Assembly: GCF_000143415.4 (NCBI RefSeq)
Contig: NW_003314368.1
Coordinates: 470,076-534,075, forward strand
DNA length: 64,000 nt
Direction of reading: 5' to 3'
From: Selaginella moellendorffii
Taxonomy: Eukaryota > Plantae > Lycopodiophyta
The notes below the pieces were generated by a model. The model did not search any database. It worked only from the letters and a program-made list of their open reading frames with translations, and was not told the DNA's origin. Positions 36,565 to 50,862 of this stretch are shown here, piece after piece. A program made the translations under genes and the position numbers. The first letter of the stretch is position 1; each line of letters begins with the position of its first letter.

Positions 36565-37585
36565 AGTGGAGGGGAAACTCCACGAACACTAAGATGAGCG
36601 AGCTTCATCACATTCTGATGCTAATTGTCACCATGGCTATCTAGAGGTTTGTTTTCCTCGGCACTGACCTCTTCGGCAGTGATCACTACTCTCCATCACA
36701 CCACCACTTGCTCTTGCTTCTCACCAAGCCCTCTTTTTTTATTTTTGTCTCTCCCGATTGATACAAGGGCTTTCCCCCCTCATGATGGATAATTGCCCTA
36801 GGATTATTGCTAATCCCTCACTAATTAATCACACTTAGTCTAAAACAAAGAGATCTTGACATTGTCTCGGTTGTGAGCACACTCTAGCCCCTTGACATCA
36901 TCTCAACAATGATTGTGCTGCATCCCAAAGCACCTCTTGCTTTGGAACCTCTTGCCTCTTGAATAAATTACTACACTTGGTGTTCTTAGATTTTCACCTC
37001 CCTTTTCTTTTTGCTGGCTTCATGGTAGGAATAGCCCAATTCTCTCTTCAGCACTTCTTCTCTCCCCACTATCCAACATCTTCCACATCGGAACAAGATG
37101 GCCTTTGACTTGGGAAAGGTAGCCTAGCATGTTCGGCATTCACTTTTCTCTCACTCTCCATGCTCACTCTTCATTCCCAGGCAGTGCACCAAAATGTGGA
37201 GGGGAAACTCCATGAACACCAAGATGAGCGAGCACAGAGAAACCACTACTGCCTAGGGACTTAAGCTTCATCACATTCTGATGCTAATTGTCACCACAGC
37301 TATCCAGAAGTTTGTTTTCCTCGGCACTGACCTCTTTGGCAGTGTTGTCACTGCTCTCCATCACACCACCACTTGCTCTTGCTTCTCACCAAGCCCTCTT
37401 TTTTATTTTTGTCTCTCCTGATTGATACAAGGGCTTTCCCCCCTCATGATGGATAATTGCCCCAAGGGTCACAGCCCTAGGATTATTGCTAATACCCCAC
37501 TAATTAATCACACTTAGTCTAAAACAAAGAGAAACCCATGATCTTGACTTTGTCTCGGTCATGAGCACACTCTAGCCCCTTGACA
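36565..37585 (-). mobile_element. TRIM-like miniature LTR element: LTRs 36565-36897 and 37195-37585, ~300-bp non-coding interior
   Basis: Direct repeats (T)GTGGAGGGG..TTGACA; PBS-like TGGTGCACTGCCTGGGAAT (tRNA-Gly-like) on the minus strand next to 37195; no TSD seen. Confidence 0.8.
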
Positions 37586-37899
37586 ATGCCTATAACTTTG
37601 GGAAGGATTAAATCACTTCTCCCAACTGATGTAAATGGATGAAAGATATATATAAAAAAGTGTAAAATAGGCACTCAAACCAAACATGGTCCTTCTAGAG
37701 TCTGGTTCCTCACTAGATTCACCATATTAAATATTTTAAGGAATATTCTTGCCTCATTTATTAGCCACAAAAAGCAAATTGGGCTCCAATACCAATATTA
37801 AGATCCTATCCTTTACACTTTATACCAACTAACTAAAAGAGTGATCACTTGATTATAAGGCATGATTGCTACAATATGTGGGTTAAGGCACTCGAAGTT

Positions 37900-38500
37900 G
37901 GAGGTGATAGTGTTCAAAATAAAACTTCTTTAGTAGATTGATTTAAGATTTTAACTTTTTCCAGTGATGGCAATATGGACAAGTGCTTAGCTTAGTTAGC
38001 CAATGTAAAGTTTTGATTGCCAAATAAACTTCAAATATAAGGCTTTAATAGTTATTTTAATGGTTTAAGGTTTTTGATGGTGAAATTGGTTTGAGGAGTT
38101 TTGTGTTATGGACAAGAATCTATTAGTATTTACCATGGATGAGTTTGAGGTTGTTTTTTTGTCTATGTTTTGCTCTTTATTGTGACATTGAGAATGCTCT
38201 TATGGAACTTTGACATAAAGGAAAATGATGATTAAGGAATTTATTGAGAAATTTAGTTAATTAATTAGTCATGTTCCAATGAAAGATCTATAATAGAACA
38301 ATCCTACTTCATTGATAGCCTTCATAGTGAGAGCATAAGACAACACTTATATCATTCCCCACCTATAACGAATTTGGAGAGCTCTTTGATGTAGTTCATC
38401 AATGTGATAATGACAAGTACAAGTCTTGCAAGCATTTGAGGAGTCTTTCAATAAAAAATTGTTATGATGATTATTATGAATAATCATCATACTTCTCATC
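37900..38500 (+). mobile_element. Highly degraded retrotransposon gag-like remnant
   Basis: Fragments such as LPWMSL/..DEFEV and KEFIEKF in AT-rich DNA with many stops. Confidence 0.35.
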
Positions 38501-40252
38501 ATATCATCATATCATTATATTTAGACTTCTTGAGAGGTCACTCAATCTAGTATTATTCAAACCCAAGGATGCTTAACCCCAATTATCTTAAAAACTTTAA
38601 TCGATTGGAAAAAGGGGTGCTCTTTCACTCTATATTTAAACTTTTATAAATCATTTCTCAAGTTGTTCTCTTTGATTGTTTATAATCCACCATACTTCTT
38701 TACAAGTTTACGCCCTTGTGAATGGAAGTTAAGAATTACAACTCTCCTAATAACCCCACTCTTTTGACACTCTACCTTTTGGGTCGAGCCCAGTTATAGG
38801 TAAATTAGACTTGCTAGATGTCAATCTCAATATATGGTATGATTCCTCTATCCAACTAATAGAGTGATACCCAAGACTTCTATAATACCAAATGTAAGCT
38901 CTTATATTTGGACTTGATCACATCAAATCCTGCCATGTCCAAAATGGTGAAATCTATGTCCACTTTTCAAATTCATTCTTTGACTCTTACTTATTAAAGT
39001 ACTTCATCAATGATTTGGCTACCTCTATAGTCCTTGGTTCTCTTGAGTGTGGACCATACTTGAGTTTACGAGCTGAAGAATTGAGCTAAATTTTCAATTG
39101 TAATTTAGTACAAACATTATAAACTTTAAAATTTTAAGGTTATGGTGAATCTAATAATTTCATAACTCTTTATATCTTATATAGATAAAAATTTTCTAAA
39201 GGATACTTTTTGTTCTAATAATTTAAATATTTACTACAAGCAATGATAGGGATGTTTGTTAGAATATAAAATAAAATGTTTGCAAAAATAGTATTCTTGT
39301 CACTTCTTTAAATTTGTACTCTGTGCTTTTTGGCTAGTAAATGTCAGGTTTGTCAGAATTAAAAAATTATTAAATTTGAAATAAGATTCTATATAAAGCC
39401 ATATAACCGTTTGAAAGGAAAAAAAATAACCATTGATGTAAGCTTATTGGATATAAAAGAAAGACTTGGTTCTTTTCTAGAATACATTCTTGAGGGGTTT
39501 GTCATAACATACTGTCTAGAATTTATAAATCTTCATTCACACTCTATTCAAAAAAAGGGAAATACACACAAATATCTATGGGTTCTAGTGTTGGTAATTT
39601 TAACTCTTACAATCTTTCTTCCCGGAATTCAAGGGCTAGGAAATGCAATAACTATCCCATTGCATAGCATAATGAAACCACACAAGAGAATGAAAGAAAG
39701 GATAGTGATCATGAGTTGAAGATAAATGCAATGACAAAGGGTGCAACAAATTAGGTGAAAAAGAATGCCCTCTTATTTGTTTTAGAAAAATGCAATTCTG
39801 CCACTTTCAAGAAATGCCTCATATGTTTTCTAGCGTTTAGTAGAAATAATGGCGATGATCAGTATGATGGTATATATGCTCTCGCGACACACTACAACAT
39901 CACATGAAAGACTACCATGAAATCTTTTTTGAGATGGTAAAGACAGAAATGGAAACACATGAGTATTATGGGCAGTATTGCAAACAGAACACTCGGAAAC
40001 ATATAAAATGAAAAGTGAAATGAAAAAAAACTTTTTTTATTAATTATATAAAGTATAACAAGTTTTATTGATAGAGAATAAACTTCGATAGTGTTGGAAA
40101 AATCTAGTTAGCTCCAAAAGTTTTTTGCAACTCAGCAATAGTAAGGGCTGTTTGGTGTATATGAATATCCACTTTAGGATCCTTGTGCAAAATGTTGATG
40201 AAGATGTAGTACATATGTTTGCAAGGAACATATGCCTTCCCATGTTCTTCGC

Positions 40253-43200
40253 TGTAAGCGACTAAATTTTTCATTTTACTTTAGTCACTTAACCACACCT
40301 CCAACCACTTGGAGGAGTCTCACTCACAACCTCCATAAATCCTATTCCGGACTTAGGGATTTGCTAGCCCCAAGAATGGCATCCGTGCCACTCAACCGTT
40401 GCACTTGGTCCAAATGCTCTACGTGTCTAGTCCCATGATTGACACCCAAAGGTACCATTGACATATCGGCCCGTTACACCAAGGCCATACCCATTCACCT
40501 TCACGAGTGGTCATCCCAGATCCACTCTTTAGCATCTTTAAGATGCCTACAGACATGGGGAATACCCTTCCCCAATATCCTTTTGTCAGTTCCTACTAAG
40601 TCTCTTTTCTGTCTATGGCCATGTTTGCCAACACTGCCACTCGATCAAGGCCCGTAGGCCTGGCCATTAAGTCTCATTATCTTTTGGGACTTCCTCACCA
40701 TGTGACCATATCCTTAGTCACTACACTAGAGGACTGCTCCTCCTCCTTTCCCCAGTTTGGGACTTCGGGACAACATTTTGGAACACCGTGGCCCTATGTG
40801 AGCTCCGTGGGTATTCTCCCCACCTTCCACCTTTAGGTGCTCTAGCCATGGGCTCAGAACGAAGTTCCGTTGAGCCATACCAGGTATCCAAGTAGGTAGT
40901 GCCACCCACACTTGGACTGAGAACATCGACCATTCAATCTCCCAGGGAAAGTAGCCGGCTCTTGAACACTTCACCAAGCTACCCCGCTTGTTGGTCTGTA
41001 TTCACTCTAACCTTGGACCTCTTAGTGGTTATCCCATCACCCAACACCTAGGTACAGCCTTCCTTGGCCAAATTGGCCTTTTCTGGCCAAACTGGCTCCA
41101 CTAGAGTCCTCCCCTTACTATACTTTTGGAGCTCACCAAACCCCCTAGGGTCTGGGAGATGAACGCTTTGGGCTTTCACCCTCTCAGACTTGAACTCAGA
41201 CTCGGACTCGGACTCGGACTCGGACTCAGACATGGACTCAGACTTGGGCTTGGGCTTGGGCTCGGTCTCAGCCTCGGCTTTGGTCTCAATCTCGGTCTCG
41301 GTCCCGGTCTTGGTCCCGGTCTCGACTTCGGACTCCATCTCGGGTCCTTCTCGAACTCCATCTCGGATTCCATCTCGGGTCTATCTCGAACTCCATTTCG
41401 GTCCATCTCGAACTCCATCTTGGACTCCATCTCGGGTCCATCTCGGACTCCATCTCAAGTTCATCTCGAACTCCATCTCAGACTCCATCTCAGGTCCATC
41501 TCGAACTCCATCTCGGACTTCATTTTGGGTCCATCTCGGACTCCATCTCGGGTCCATCTTAGGTCCATCTCGGACTCCATCTCGGGTCCATCTTGGGTCA
41601 ATCTCGGACTCCATCTCGAACTCCATCTCGGGTCCATCTCGGATCCTCTTGTGTCCCTTTTCTAAAGACTCTTTTATTGCTCACTTCATGCTCATTCCTT
41701 GAGCACTCCGTTGGGAGTTCCACTCCCGCTCTTGACCTTTCAAGTCGAAGCCTTTTAGTCCAAATGTGTTACGCTCGTTTGGCTTTCGCTTTGGCCACTA
41801 CCACGTGGCACCCTTTCGGCTCCACTTTGGGGCTTAGGGATTTGTGTCTCACAACTCCACCACCCATAGACGAAGTTCGATGTCCTCATCGAACGATAAA
41901 CTATTTTATAAAGTAATACCAATATGTATTACCCTTCCCATCCTTGGCATCTAGCCAATATTCGTCAAGGGTCGGACACCAAAAGCTCACTTTGCCTTGT
42001 CTACCCTCTAAAGAGCATAGTCTCTCCAACATAAAGACTCGATTGACCACTTGTGGTGGTTTTTTCCCTTTTATTGGTTTAGCTTTTGCTAAACCCATTA
42101 GAAACACCTTCTCTATCTCAATTCCACTACTCATTGTCGAGTAGTCTTAACTTCTATCGATATAACCATTCATCTTTGGAACTTTTAGTCTTGACTTTTC
42201 GAAGTCAATTTCCTAAGTGTCCTTGACACCTTTCATTACATATATTGTGCAAACTTCATTTCCCCATCCTAGGGAGTTCTCTAATTGAGGGCACCCTCCT
42301 CCTTTCTATTTTGTGCCACTTTTGACACCAAGTTCCAGTTATCATAAGTTGTGCTAGAGTTGTTCATGGCCCTATCATTTGGCTACTTTGCCACTCCCTC
42401 CCTTGGAGCTTTCACCTTTGCTAACTTGGAGCAATTAGGAATCCATCCTTGGAAGCACACTTCCTTTCTCACAATCTGTTAGCATATAACATATTAGTGT
42501 TCCATGCCTAACTTTGCCATTTGGATTCCTTCTAATGAACTCCATGGCCCACACTTGGCCACTAGATTTTTTGCTTTCATCCGTTGATTGTTGCACTTGG
42601 GCAACATAAGATTACTACCTCCATTCTTGAGGTATCTTTTTGGTTCTATGACAAAGGCTCTACTTTGCTAAGTCCAGAGGGTGCTTACCCCTAGTAGGTC
42701 TATTTAGTATTTTCTTCTACAAGCTCCATCCATGGCCTAACTTTGCGACCCTTCCATAGGTCTCTCCTAAAGACTACTTTCTTGGACTTACTATACTATC
42801 GTATTGGCACAACTGATTTCCCTTTAGTGCTCTTCTTTAGGTGTGCTTCCCACTTGGTCACCTTGACCAAATCACACCATTATCAATAGTTCAAATCAAC
42901 ACTTTGAACTAGGAATCATATTCCTTAACCCAAACAAAGACCTTATCCTTATTTAGCCACACGATCACTTAGTGATCTCATCTTGACCCCTTAACAGGTT
43001 TACCAATAAGAACTAGACCCTTTTTAAATTGTTGACTATGACTTCGAGGTCATCCCCCATACTTGGCAGTGTGCCCAAGCTAGCCCTTCCGACCAAGGAT
43101 CCATAGCAACTGAGGCTGGGTGTCCCCATCTCATTCACCACGTCCTTGGTGCCCTTTGCACTAAAGTGGTCAAGTTAGATATGCCGAGCTTTCACGACTC

Positions 43201-46200
43201 CGGAGCATCCCCCATTTGGCGGTGTGCCCAAGCCAATCTCCTCACTAAGAGTTCATGACCACCGAAATATGAGTGTCCTCATATTCCAAACCATCACCAC
43301 ACCCTTGTGATTTGGGACTCGAACCCAAGCACTAGAGGGTTGGGACTTGAACCCAACCTCCGTATATGCATCTACGGATGACATCACCCTAGATGCCTGG
43401 TGTGACTCCCCATGCCGGTGCACCAATTTATATCCAAAGTGCGTTACGGATCATAACTTAGGAACCTAGTCCCTCCATATTGTCAAGTCCTCTCACTTGA
43501 CAAGTCTATGATCATGTATAGACCCTTCCATGCTTGGCCCTATGGGCCACCCTTTTTGAAGTTAGCACTTTCAACTAGGGGATTTGTTCCCCTAACTTGC
43601 TACTCTCGCTTCGCAAGTCATCCGACCAATCTAACATAGTTTCATGCATAAGCGTGAAAGTCCTTAACCATCGACTTTCGTTCAAAGTCATCCCTTTGAA
43701 CATTCGGGAACTACTTCCTAACTTGGATAGCATTGCCTCATGACAAGTTTCAAGACCACGCTTTTGCTATGTTACTCTGATTTCGCGCGTTCTATGAACC
43801 ATTTACACTTGGCTTTCTAGGTACTATGCTACATAAAATTGTCTTTGGGAACCTTGAAGGAACTCTATCCCTTAGCTTGCTAAAGCCTCTCCTTTCCCAG
43901 ATCTAAGAGCCTAAGCATTCGATCAGAGTGAATGAAGAGAGTGATTTTCTCTCTTTGCAAGAAAAATAGCTAGGCTTTCTAATTGCCATATGGTCTAGTA
44001 TGGACAATTCCATGCTTTAGACTCTTCATGGCACCACAGTTGCTAATAACAACATGCTCGAGCGCCCACTTGATTCTCCACTCTCAATTGACATAACCAC
44101 CTTTGGTTATGCTCTTCGATTCTTATGGTTTGGTTCTATCCCCTTACTACTTACTTTTGGCCTCACACATTTCCTTTGGTTATTCGCTTCCAAACTAGGA
44201 GGATAGCTTTGCACTTTCTACCATGCTTTAACAAGTATTCTTGAGGATGAACCTACCCGATAGCTTAGGGAGTGGTTCCTCAATTCGGGTATGCTCACCT
44301 TATAATCCCACACACCAGGATTAATGTTGCTACATATAGACCTTTATATGGCTATTATTAGCCTTGCCAAAATTCTATTTTTGGCTTTGTTCAATTCAAG
44401 TAAACGGACTTCTCTCGTCTTTGCAACCTTGGACGTTTGGATAGCACCTTCTATCCATCATTCACTAAGGATTTAATCCCTTGGGCTTTGTCTATTGCCC
44501 TCGCGATATCAAACACCACCTCTTGGTGTTCTAGATGTTTAGATGTCCCAATGATGGACTCTTTGACAATGAACATTCCCTTTTACAACATTGACTTACT
44601 ATATAGGCACATAAGTAATTTATCCCCTCTATCTAACTTTTTTATGCCATTAAGAAGTCTTGGGTAGCTACCTGCTACCAGTTTAATTGATTATTTTACA
44701 CTTTTTGTTTAGTTGCCTCATAGTTGTCAAGTCCTACAACTCATTGCTGGTGCTTCCACACCTCTATCATTATCTAGGTCACCACACTTCAATTGCATGC
44801 CTTCTAGCTTAGGCTATGCCATTCCCATTTCCATTAGGATTCCTTTGGGAAGGGGTTCTCGTGAACCCGCCAACTCACCTTAAGGTATTACGCCTTGGCA
44901 CATTTGGTGTCTCCACACCATCAGCTCCATGAGCTTACTTTTATGACACTTCTTACTTGTGCCTAGGTCCATGCCAAGACCAATACAGTTCTTTCTCATA
45001 CCAATTATCCGTTAACACTACACCATAGAGTTTACTCACAACTTTGTGTCAAAGTTGTTTCTTCTAGGAACACCTTCCCCACAACTTTAGTATGGCACAT
45101 TCCGCCATCGATGAGATACTCACTGTTCTCATACTTAGATATTATGATCGTCTTCAACCTTCGTGGGGCACAACAAACCTCAGTCCAAATGCTTTTAGCA
45201 ATCCCTTAGGACCATTCTTTGACTCTACTTGAGTCATTTAGCATTTTTGGACTTTAAAATCTAATAACCCATAAGGTCCTATTTAAGGTGCTAGCTCGTT
45301 GGAATACAATTTCTTGTATTTATGTCCTACTCATAAGGACCATCTTTACAAGTGTCACTCCAACACTTGATGTTATTCCCTGGGGGCAACTTTTGCCTCT
45401 TAGGACTACTTGTCTATGTGATGAGATTACTAACTCATCCTTTAAGTACACCCCTAACTCCTTGGGTTGTTTTAGCATTTATTAAAGGTGGCCTCAACTA
45501 CCATTTCAAGGACTTGTGTCCTTTTCCGTATTTGACCTTCCACGGTCATTAAGTTTGGTCTCAAATTCATGAGCACCAACCTCAACTATATAAGGATAAT
45601 CTAATGACTCCTTTATTGTTTTGGAGTCTTTATTTTTCCTGTGATCCCAACTATAGTTGTTTACCACAACTACATTAGTCAGTTTGCTGAGTCAAACGTT
45701 CATTTGGATCACATCCTCAACTGTTTGAGGAAAACCTTATACTGTTCCCAAGATCCCGAAGTTGTTCCATTATTCGACCTTTTCTATCCACCACCTCACG
45801 TACAAGTTCACATATGAATTGTAGTGGAGAGCCATGTCTTCCCGACCTACTACTCCTCACGGATAGGCCCACTCCTAGGACCTTCTGATGCCAACACCAG
45901 TGGTGATATACTTGAGCACTAATAAAAGTCGGACTAAGGAACAGCTATGATACCAAATTGTAAGCGACTAAATTTTCCATTCTACTTTAGTCACTTAACC
46001 ACACCTCCGACCATTTGGAGGAGTCTCACTCACAATCTCCATAAGTCCTATTCCAGACTTGAGGACTTGCAAGCCCCAAGAATGGCATCCGTGCCACTCA
46101 ACCGTTGCACTTGGTCCAAGTGCTCCATGTGTCTGGTCCCACGACTAACACCCAAAGGTACCATTGACATATCGGCCCGTTACGCCAAGGCCATGCCCAT

Positions 46201-47442
46201 TCACCTTTGCCACACTAGTAGTCCAATACCACTAGCATCACAGTCCTGTCTCTCCAAAACTGGGTCATCCATCCACGAGTGGTCATCCCAGATCCACTCC
46301 TTAGCATCCTTAGGATGCCTATAGATATGAGGAATAGCCTTCCCCAATATCCCTTTGTCAGTTCCTACCAAGTCCCTTTTCTATCCATAGCCATGTTCGC
46401 CGACACTGCCACTCGATCAAGGCCCGCAGGCCTAGCAACTAAGTCCTATTGTCCTTTGGGACTTCCTCACCATGTGATGTATCCTTAGTCACTACACTAG
46501 AGGACTGCTCTTCCTCCTTTCCCTAGTTTGGGACTTTGGGACAACATTTCGGAACACCGTGGCCCTACGCAAGCCCCATAGGTACTCTCCCCACCTTCTG
46601 CATTTAGGTGCTCTAGCCATGGGCTTAGAGTGAGGTTCTATTGAGCCACACCAGGTATCCAAGTAGGTAGTGCCACCCACACTTGGACTGAGAGCATCGA
46701 CCATTCGATCTCCCAGGGGAATTAGAGCCGGCTCTTGAACATTTCACCAAGCTACCCCGCTTGTTGGTCCGTATTCACTCTAACCTTGGACCTCCCAGTG
46801 GTTATCACATCACCTAACACCTGGGTACAGCCTTCTTGGGCCAAACTGGCCTTTTCTGGCCAAATTGGCTCCACTAGAGTCCTCCCCCTTACTATACTTT
46901 TGGAGCTCACCAAACCCCCTAGGGTCTGGGAGATGAATGCTTTGGGCTTTCACCCTCTCAGACTCGAACTCGGACTCGGACTTGGACTCGGACTTGGACT
47001 CGGACACGGACTCAGACTTGGGCTTGGGCTTGGGCTCGGTCTCAGCCTCAGCCTTGGTCTTGGTCTCGGTCTTGGTCCCTGTCTCGACTTCGGACTCCAT
47101 CTTGGGTCCTTCTCGGACTCCATCTCGGATTCCATCTCGGGTCTATCTCAGACTCCATCTCAGACTCCATCTCGGTCCATCTCGGACTCCATATTGGGTC
47201 CATCTCGGACTCCATCTTGGGTCCATCTCGGGTCCTTTCGTGTGCTTTTTCTAAAGACTTTTTTATTGCTCACTTCATGCTCGTTCCTTGAGCACTTCGT
47301 TGGGAGTTCCACTCCTGCTCTTGACCTTTCAAGTCGAAGCCTTTTAGTCCAAACGTGTTATGCTCGTTTGGCTTTCGCTTTGGCCACTACCATGTGGCAC
47401 CCTTTCGGCTCCACTTTGGGGCTTAGGGATTTGTGTCTCACA
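40253..47442 (-). mobile_element. Complete non-autonomous LTR retrotransposon; LTRs 40253-41853 and 45959-47442
   Basis: TG..CA LTRs; TSD TTCGC/CTCGC; tRNA-Met-type PBS TGGTATCATAGC at 45944-45955; PPT-like tract at 41854-41867; decayed interior. Confidence 0.93.
41185..41645. repeat. LTR-internal minisatellite (GACTCG hexamers, then CTCCATCTCGGA/GGTCCATCTCGAA 12-mers); a shorter copy lies at 46960-47235
   Basis: Direct reading; explains the SDSD/SRTP low-complexity ORFs. Confidence 0.9.
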
Positions 47443-50400
47443 CTCGCGCTTTGTAAAGTCTAGATATGTGCAAGAAGGAAATTCATGAATGGCAATTATG
47501 TACTCTCCACTTTTTGTTTTGACTATGTACTCCTTTGCAAGCGTAGTGATGTACTTTGTGAAGAGAATCTCACACTCAAGTGTTTGAGCCAAGTTTATTT
47601 TGCCCTGCTTCTGCTTGGAGACGGTATTAATAAATTTAACTGCCTTACTTTTTTGTGTTGGCCTCATGTGCATCTCTGTAGGAATAATTCTGGTTTTGTC
47701 ACTCATGTCTCCAACTCTCCTCTCAAGATTGAAACCAGATTTCTCAAGGTTTTCAATCTCATTTGAGGTGAGCACGATCTCATTAGCAACTGGCCATTCT
47801 TTAGGTACTGCATCAGGTTTAGTCACTATAGTGTCTTCAAGCCGCTTCATATGGTTGGCGTCGGTGTTGCAACAATATAGCCAGCACCATCTCGAAAATC
47901 TTACTTGCTTTCGTTCCCTATAGAAATATGGGGCTGGAACAGAAGCAGATTTGTCATCACGAATCCAGGCCCAACCCTTGCCCCTCGGAAGCATCCCCAC
48001 ACACCTTACATTCAATTTTGCTAGCACACGTCGGATTGCCCATTGCTTCGGCTCTATGCTACGGTAAGCAATTTCAACCTGTTGCGATGCACTCTCTTCA
48101 TCAGCCACTTGAGGTGGCTTGGTCCGAGAGTGGTGTCTTGGAGCAGAATGGTACTCGACATCAAGTCTGTGAGAGATTTTCGCTCCAAGATTTGTATCAT
48201 CTTCCCTAGCAAAGGAAAAATGACGTTTTGAGCAGACCGTCTTCATATCACCAATAGAAGCTCGAGGAGTGTACTCCATAGATGTGCCATAGACCACTTC
48301 CTCAACTGCAGTTGCCACTATTCGAGTGGATGGAGTTAATTTTCTCTTCATCCTATCATGTAACATCTCAATAAAAGGCTTTGTTCTCACGTATCTTCCT
48401 TCCTCGAATACCAGTGCCTTTGAAGATTGCTCTATAACATGTATCAAATCTGATAGATAGACTTTGTATAGACTTATCTTCCCTTTCCCTGCCTCAGAGG
48501 AATGCCAACTCCAGTGCTTACTTTCAGAGAGATTCATAGTTGGGGTGTATGCGAGGTCCTCAAGTGGTTGATCCTAATGGAAAAGGCAATATTAAGAGAT
48601 AATAAAATGAGAAGAAAAAATAGAAACCAACTTGAAAAGAGTGCTGTCCCTACTGGAACATCCTAACTTCCCACCACCCTAACTATGACTCAAGTTGTGG
48701 TAGGCAACTTATGTTTGTATGGCCATCTTCACGCCACCACATTCAAATCTTGTTTGCTTTTGCCTCATGCTCTTCTTCAGAATGTGCAACTTGCCATTGT
48801 TTGCACAACTCCTTAAATATTAATTGAAACTCTGGCTTGATAAGGTGGCAATGCTGGTTTAGGCTTTGAGCACAATGGAACTCACAAGTCCTCTGGCTGA
48901 CCATTCCCAAAAACTGCTCGGACACCATTCCAGTTTGCACCAACCCCATCTACCATGAAACCACGAAAGTTTGCAGGCTTACCAGTCCGCTTTAGAACAA
49001 TATTGGAGGACTTCCAAAATATTTCCTGGGCTGTCTGATCTTGTACTTTAAACTTTGTTGTCGCAATTGTCAAGTTACAACATAGCCTGTGAAAACATAA
49101 ATATTACAACAATTTCAGTATAATGAGAATAAAAATTACTTTGGATCATACACATAAGCTCCCATGGTCGTCCAACCACGTGCTCTATATGGTCAAAATG
49201 TACCCATGCATTTGCAAGGTCACTAGACCCAAACATGTCCATTCGGGAGACAAGATCTACACCAGAGGCAGGGCTCATGGTAAACATTTTGAAGATGAAG
49301 GGGCACTCTCGCTCATTCACAACTTGGTCTAGAAACAAACTTTCGTGAATGAACTCATATGGATAGGTTCGTTTCAATTCAAGGATAGAGTCAATTTTTG
49401 ATTGCAACTTCCCCTCTTGAGATTCACACATCCAAGATTTTATCCTAAACAATATAATGTAAGAAAAAGATATTATTATAACGTATGAAATATAATGGAT
49501 GTACCTCCTTAGGCTAGTTGCAAGTTGTACTCCTTGTAGTATGTCCCACAAGCTAGCCTCGTTTAGTTGAGTCTTTTGGCAACCTGGATTGAGTAAGGTG
49601 TTTGTGATAAAATCCTTGAGGACGGTCTTCTGAACATGCTTCGGAGTTACAAATGAGTTTCTCATAGTTTCTTCCTGCACAACATCTTTGAAAAGGTTGA
49701 GAGAACTCCTTTGTATCCCTTCCTGCATTGGATGCATGTGTGTACCAACATGCATTGTAGCTCTTCCAGCCACTCCATCCCATGGAAGAAAGTAGTACAT
49801 CTTGGCCTCGCAGATAGCACGACATAGAGGAGAATTTTTGCAGAATCGACACTTGAATCCAATAACAATGGTGTCACAGGCTAGAGGATTGATTGTAGAC
49901 CCTTCGAAAAATATAAAATTTCTACAGCGGTCTCGATTGCATGCTTCATCCATGCAATCTAAATGCCCACCACAATGAACTATAGACACTGTGCCTTCAA
50001 AATGTTAGAAGTGTGTGGTCTTGATCTTGTACCAATTGTGGACATCCTGCTTGGTTTCCATCCCCTTCCGTTTGGGACCTATGCTGCTGACAAGAGGTGG
50101 TAGCTCAAAGAAAATGTTGCCATTATAGGAGGATGGAAGCTTGCTCACAAACCCATACAAAAACAAGTGCATGTTGATTAAGAGGTGTGAAAATTGGAAA
50201 GCATTGCTAACGGCTTTGAATATTGTTGAAGTTGGAGCTGAAGCTAGAGCTGGAGCTGGTGAATTCAATGCCGACATTAGCATAACTTCTCCATTTGAAC
50301 TAAAAGAGGACAAGAGGATAACAACTGACTCTTGTTTCACATTCACTTTGGTTGGAGTGCATTTTGGCATTTTGACTAGAGATCCAAAAACTCGAATCTC

Positions 50401-50862
50401 CTTCGACTTGGAATTCTATAAATCCCATTGTTGTCCACCCTCGCCCACACCAGAAAGAAGAAACTCTGAGTATGCAACCATACCGGTGTCATTGTGAATC
50501 ACAGGCTCTAAAGAAATAGAGTCAAGATGAAGATCAAAACAGACATAAAAAACGTTCAAAAACAATACTCTAAGAGAATAAAAGAGGTGGGTGATCTCAA
50601 AAATGAAGAAGAAACCTCTCCATCCTTCTCAATAGGTTTTGGAATTCTCTCTCTTTATGCTATTTGTAAAAATCCATGGTGAAACATAATTGAAATTTAA
50701 ATAGAGCAATAAGAAGACAACATACAAAATGAATTTAAATTCTATAGCAAATTTAACATGTGTAAGTGTGATAGTATTAATATTATTGTCATCTATTATG
50801 ATGTCTAATGTATGTATACACATAAATCCAAGGAAGGATTTTTAGACATGTGTTCCACCAAA

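Larger units (their letters stand above)
40104..50500 (-). pseudogene. MULE (Mutator-like) DDE transposase with Cys/His-rich N-terminal domain and C-terminal SWIM finger; split by an LTR element
   Basis: CGGHLDC..C..CRFC..C..C..HVGTHMHP (GCM/WRKY-like Zn domain); catalytic FDH, GFMVD, CEFH, NLSES; SWIM PSCTYLDF(47450-75) joins VPCKHMYY (40205-40230) across the TSD; stop at 40104. Confidence 0.85.

Noticed and set aside
41126-41702. Long low-complexity ORFs (SDSD, GLGL, SRTP) and a CRISPR-like regular look
   Set aside because: An LTR minisatellite with no unique spacers, duplicated in the other LTR; eukaryotic context and no cas genes.
43310-43360. tRNA or SINE gene from the B-box motifs
   Set aside because: No A-box or cloverleaf could be built; it lies inside a retroelement leader.
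47344-47442. C-terminus of the 397-aa ORF
   Set aside because: Read-through into the LTR; the real C-terminus is at 40104-40252.
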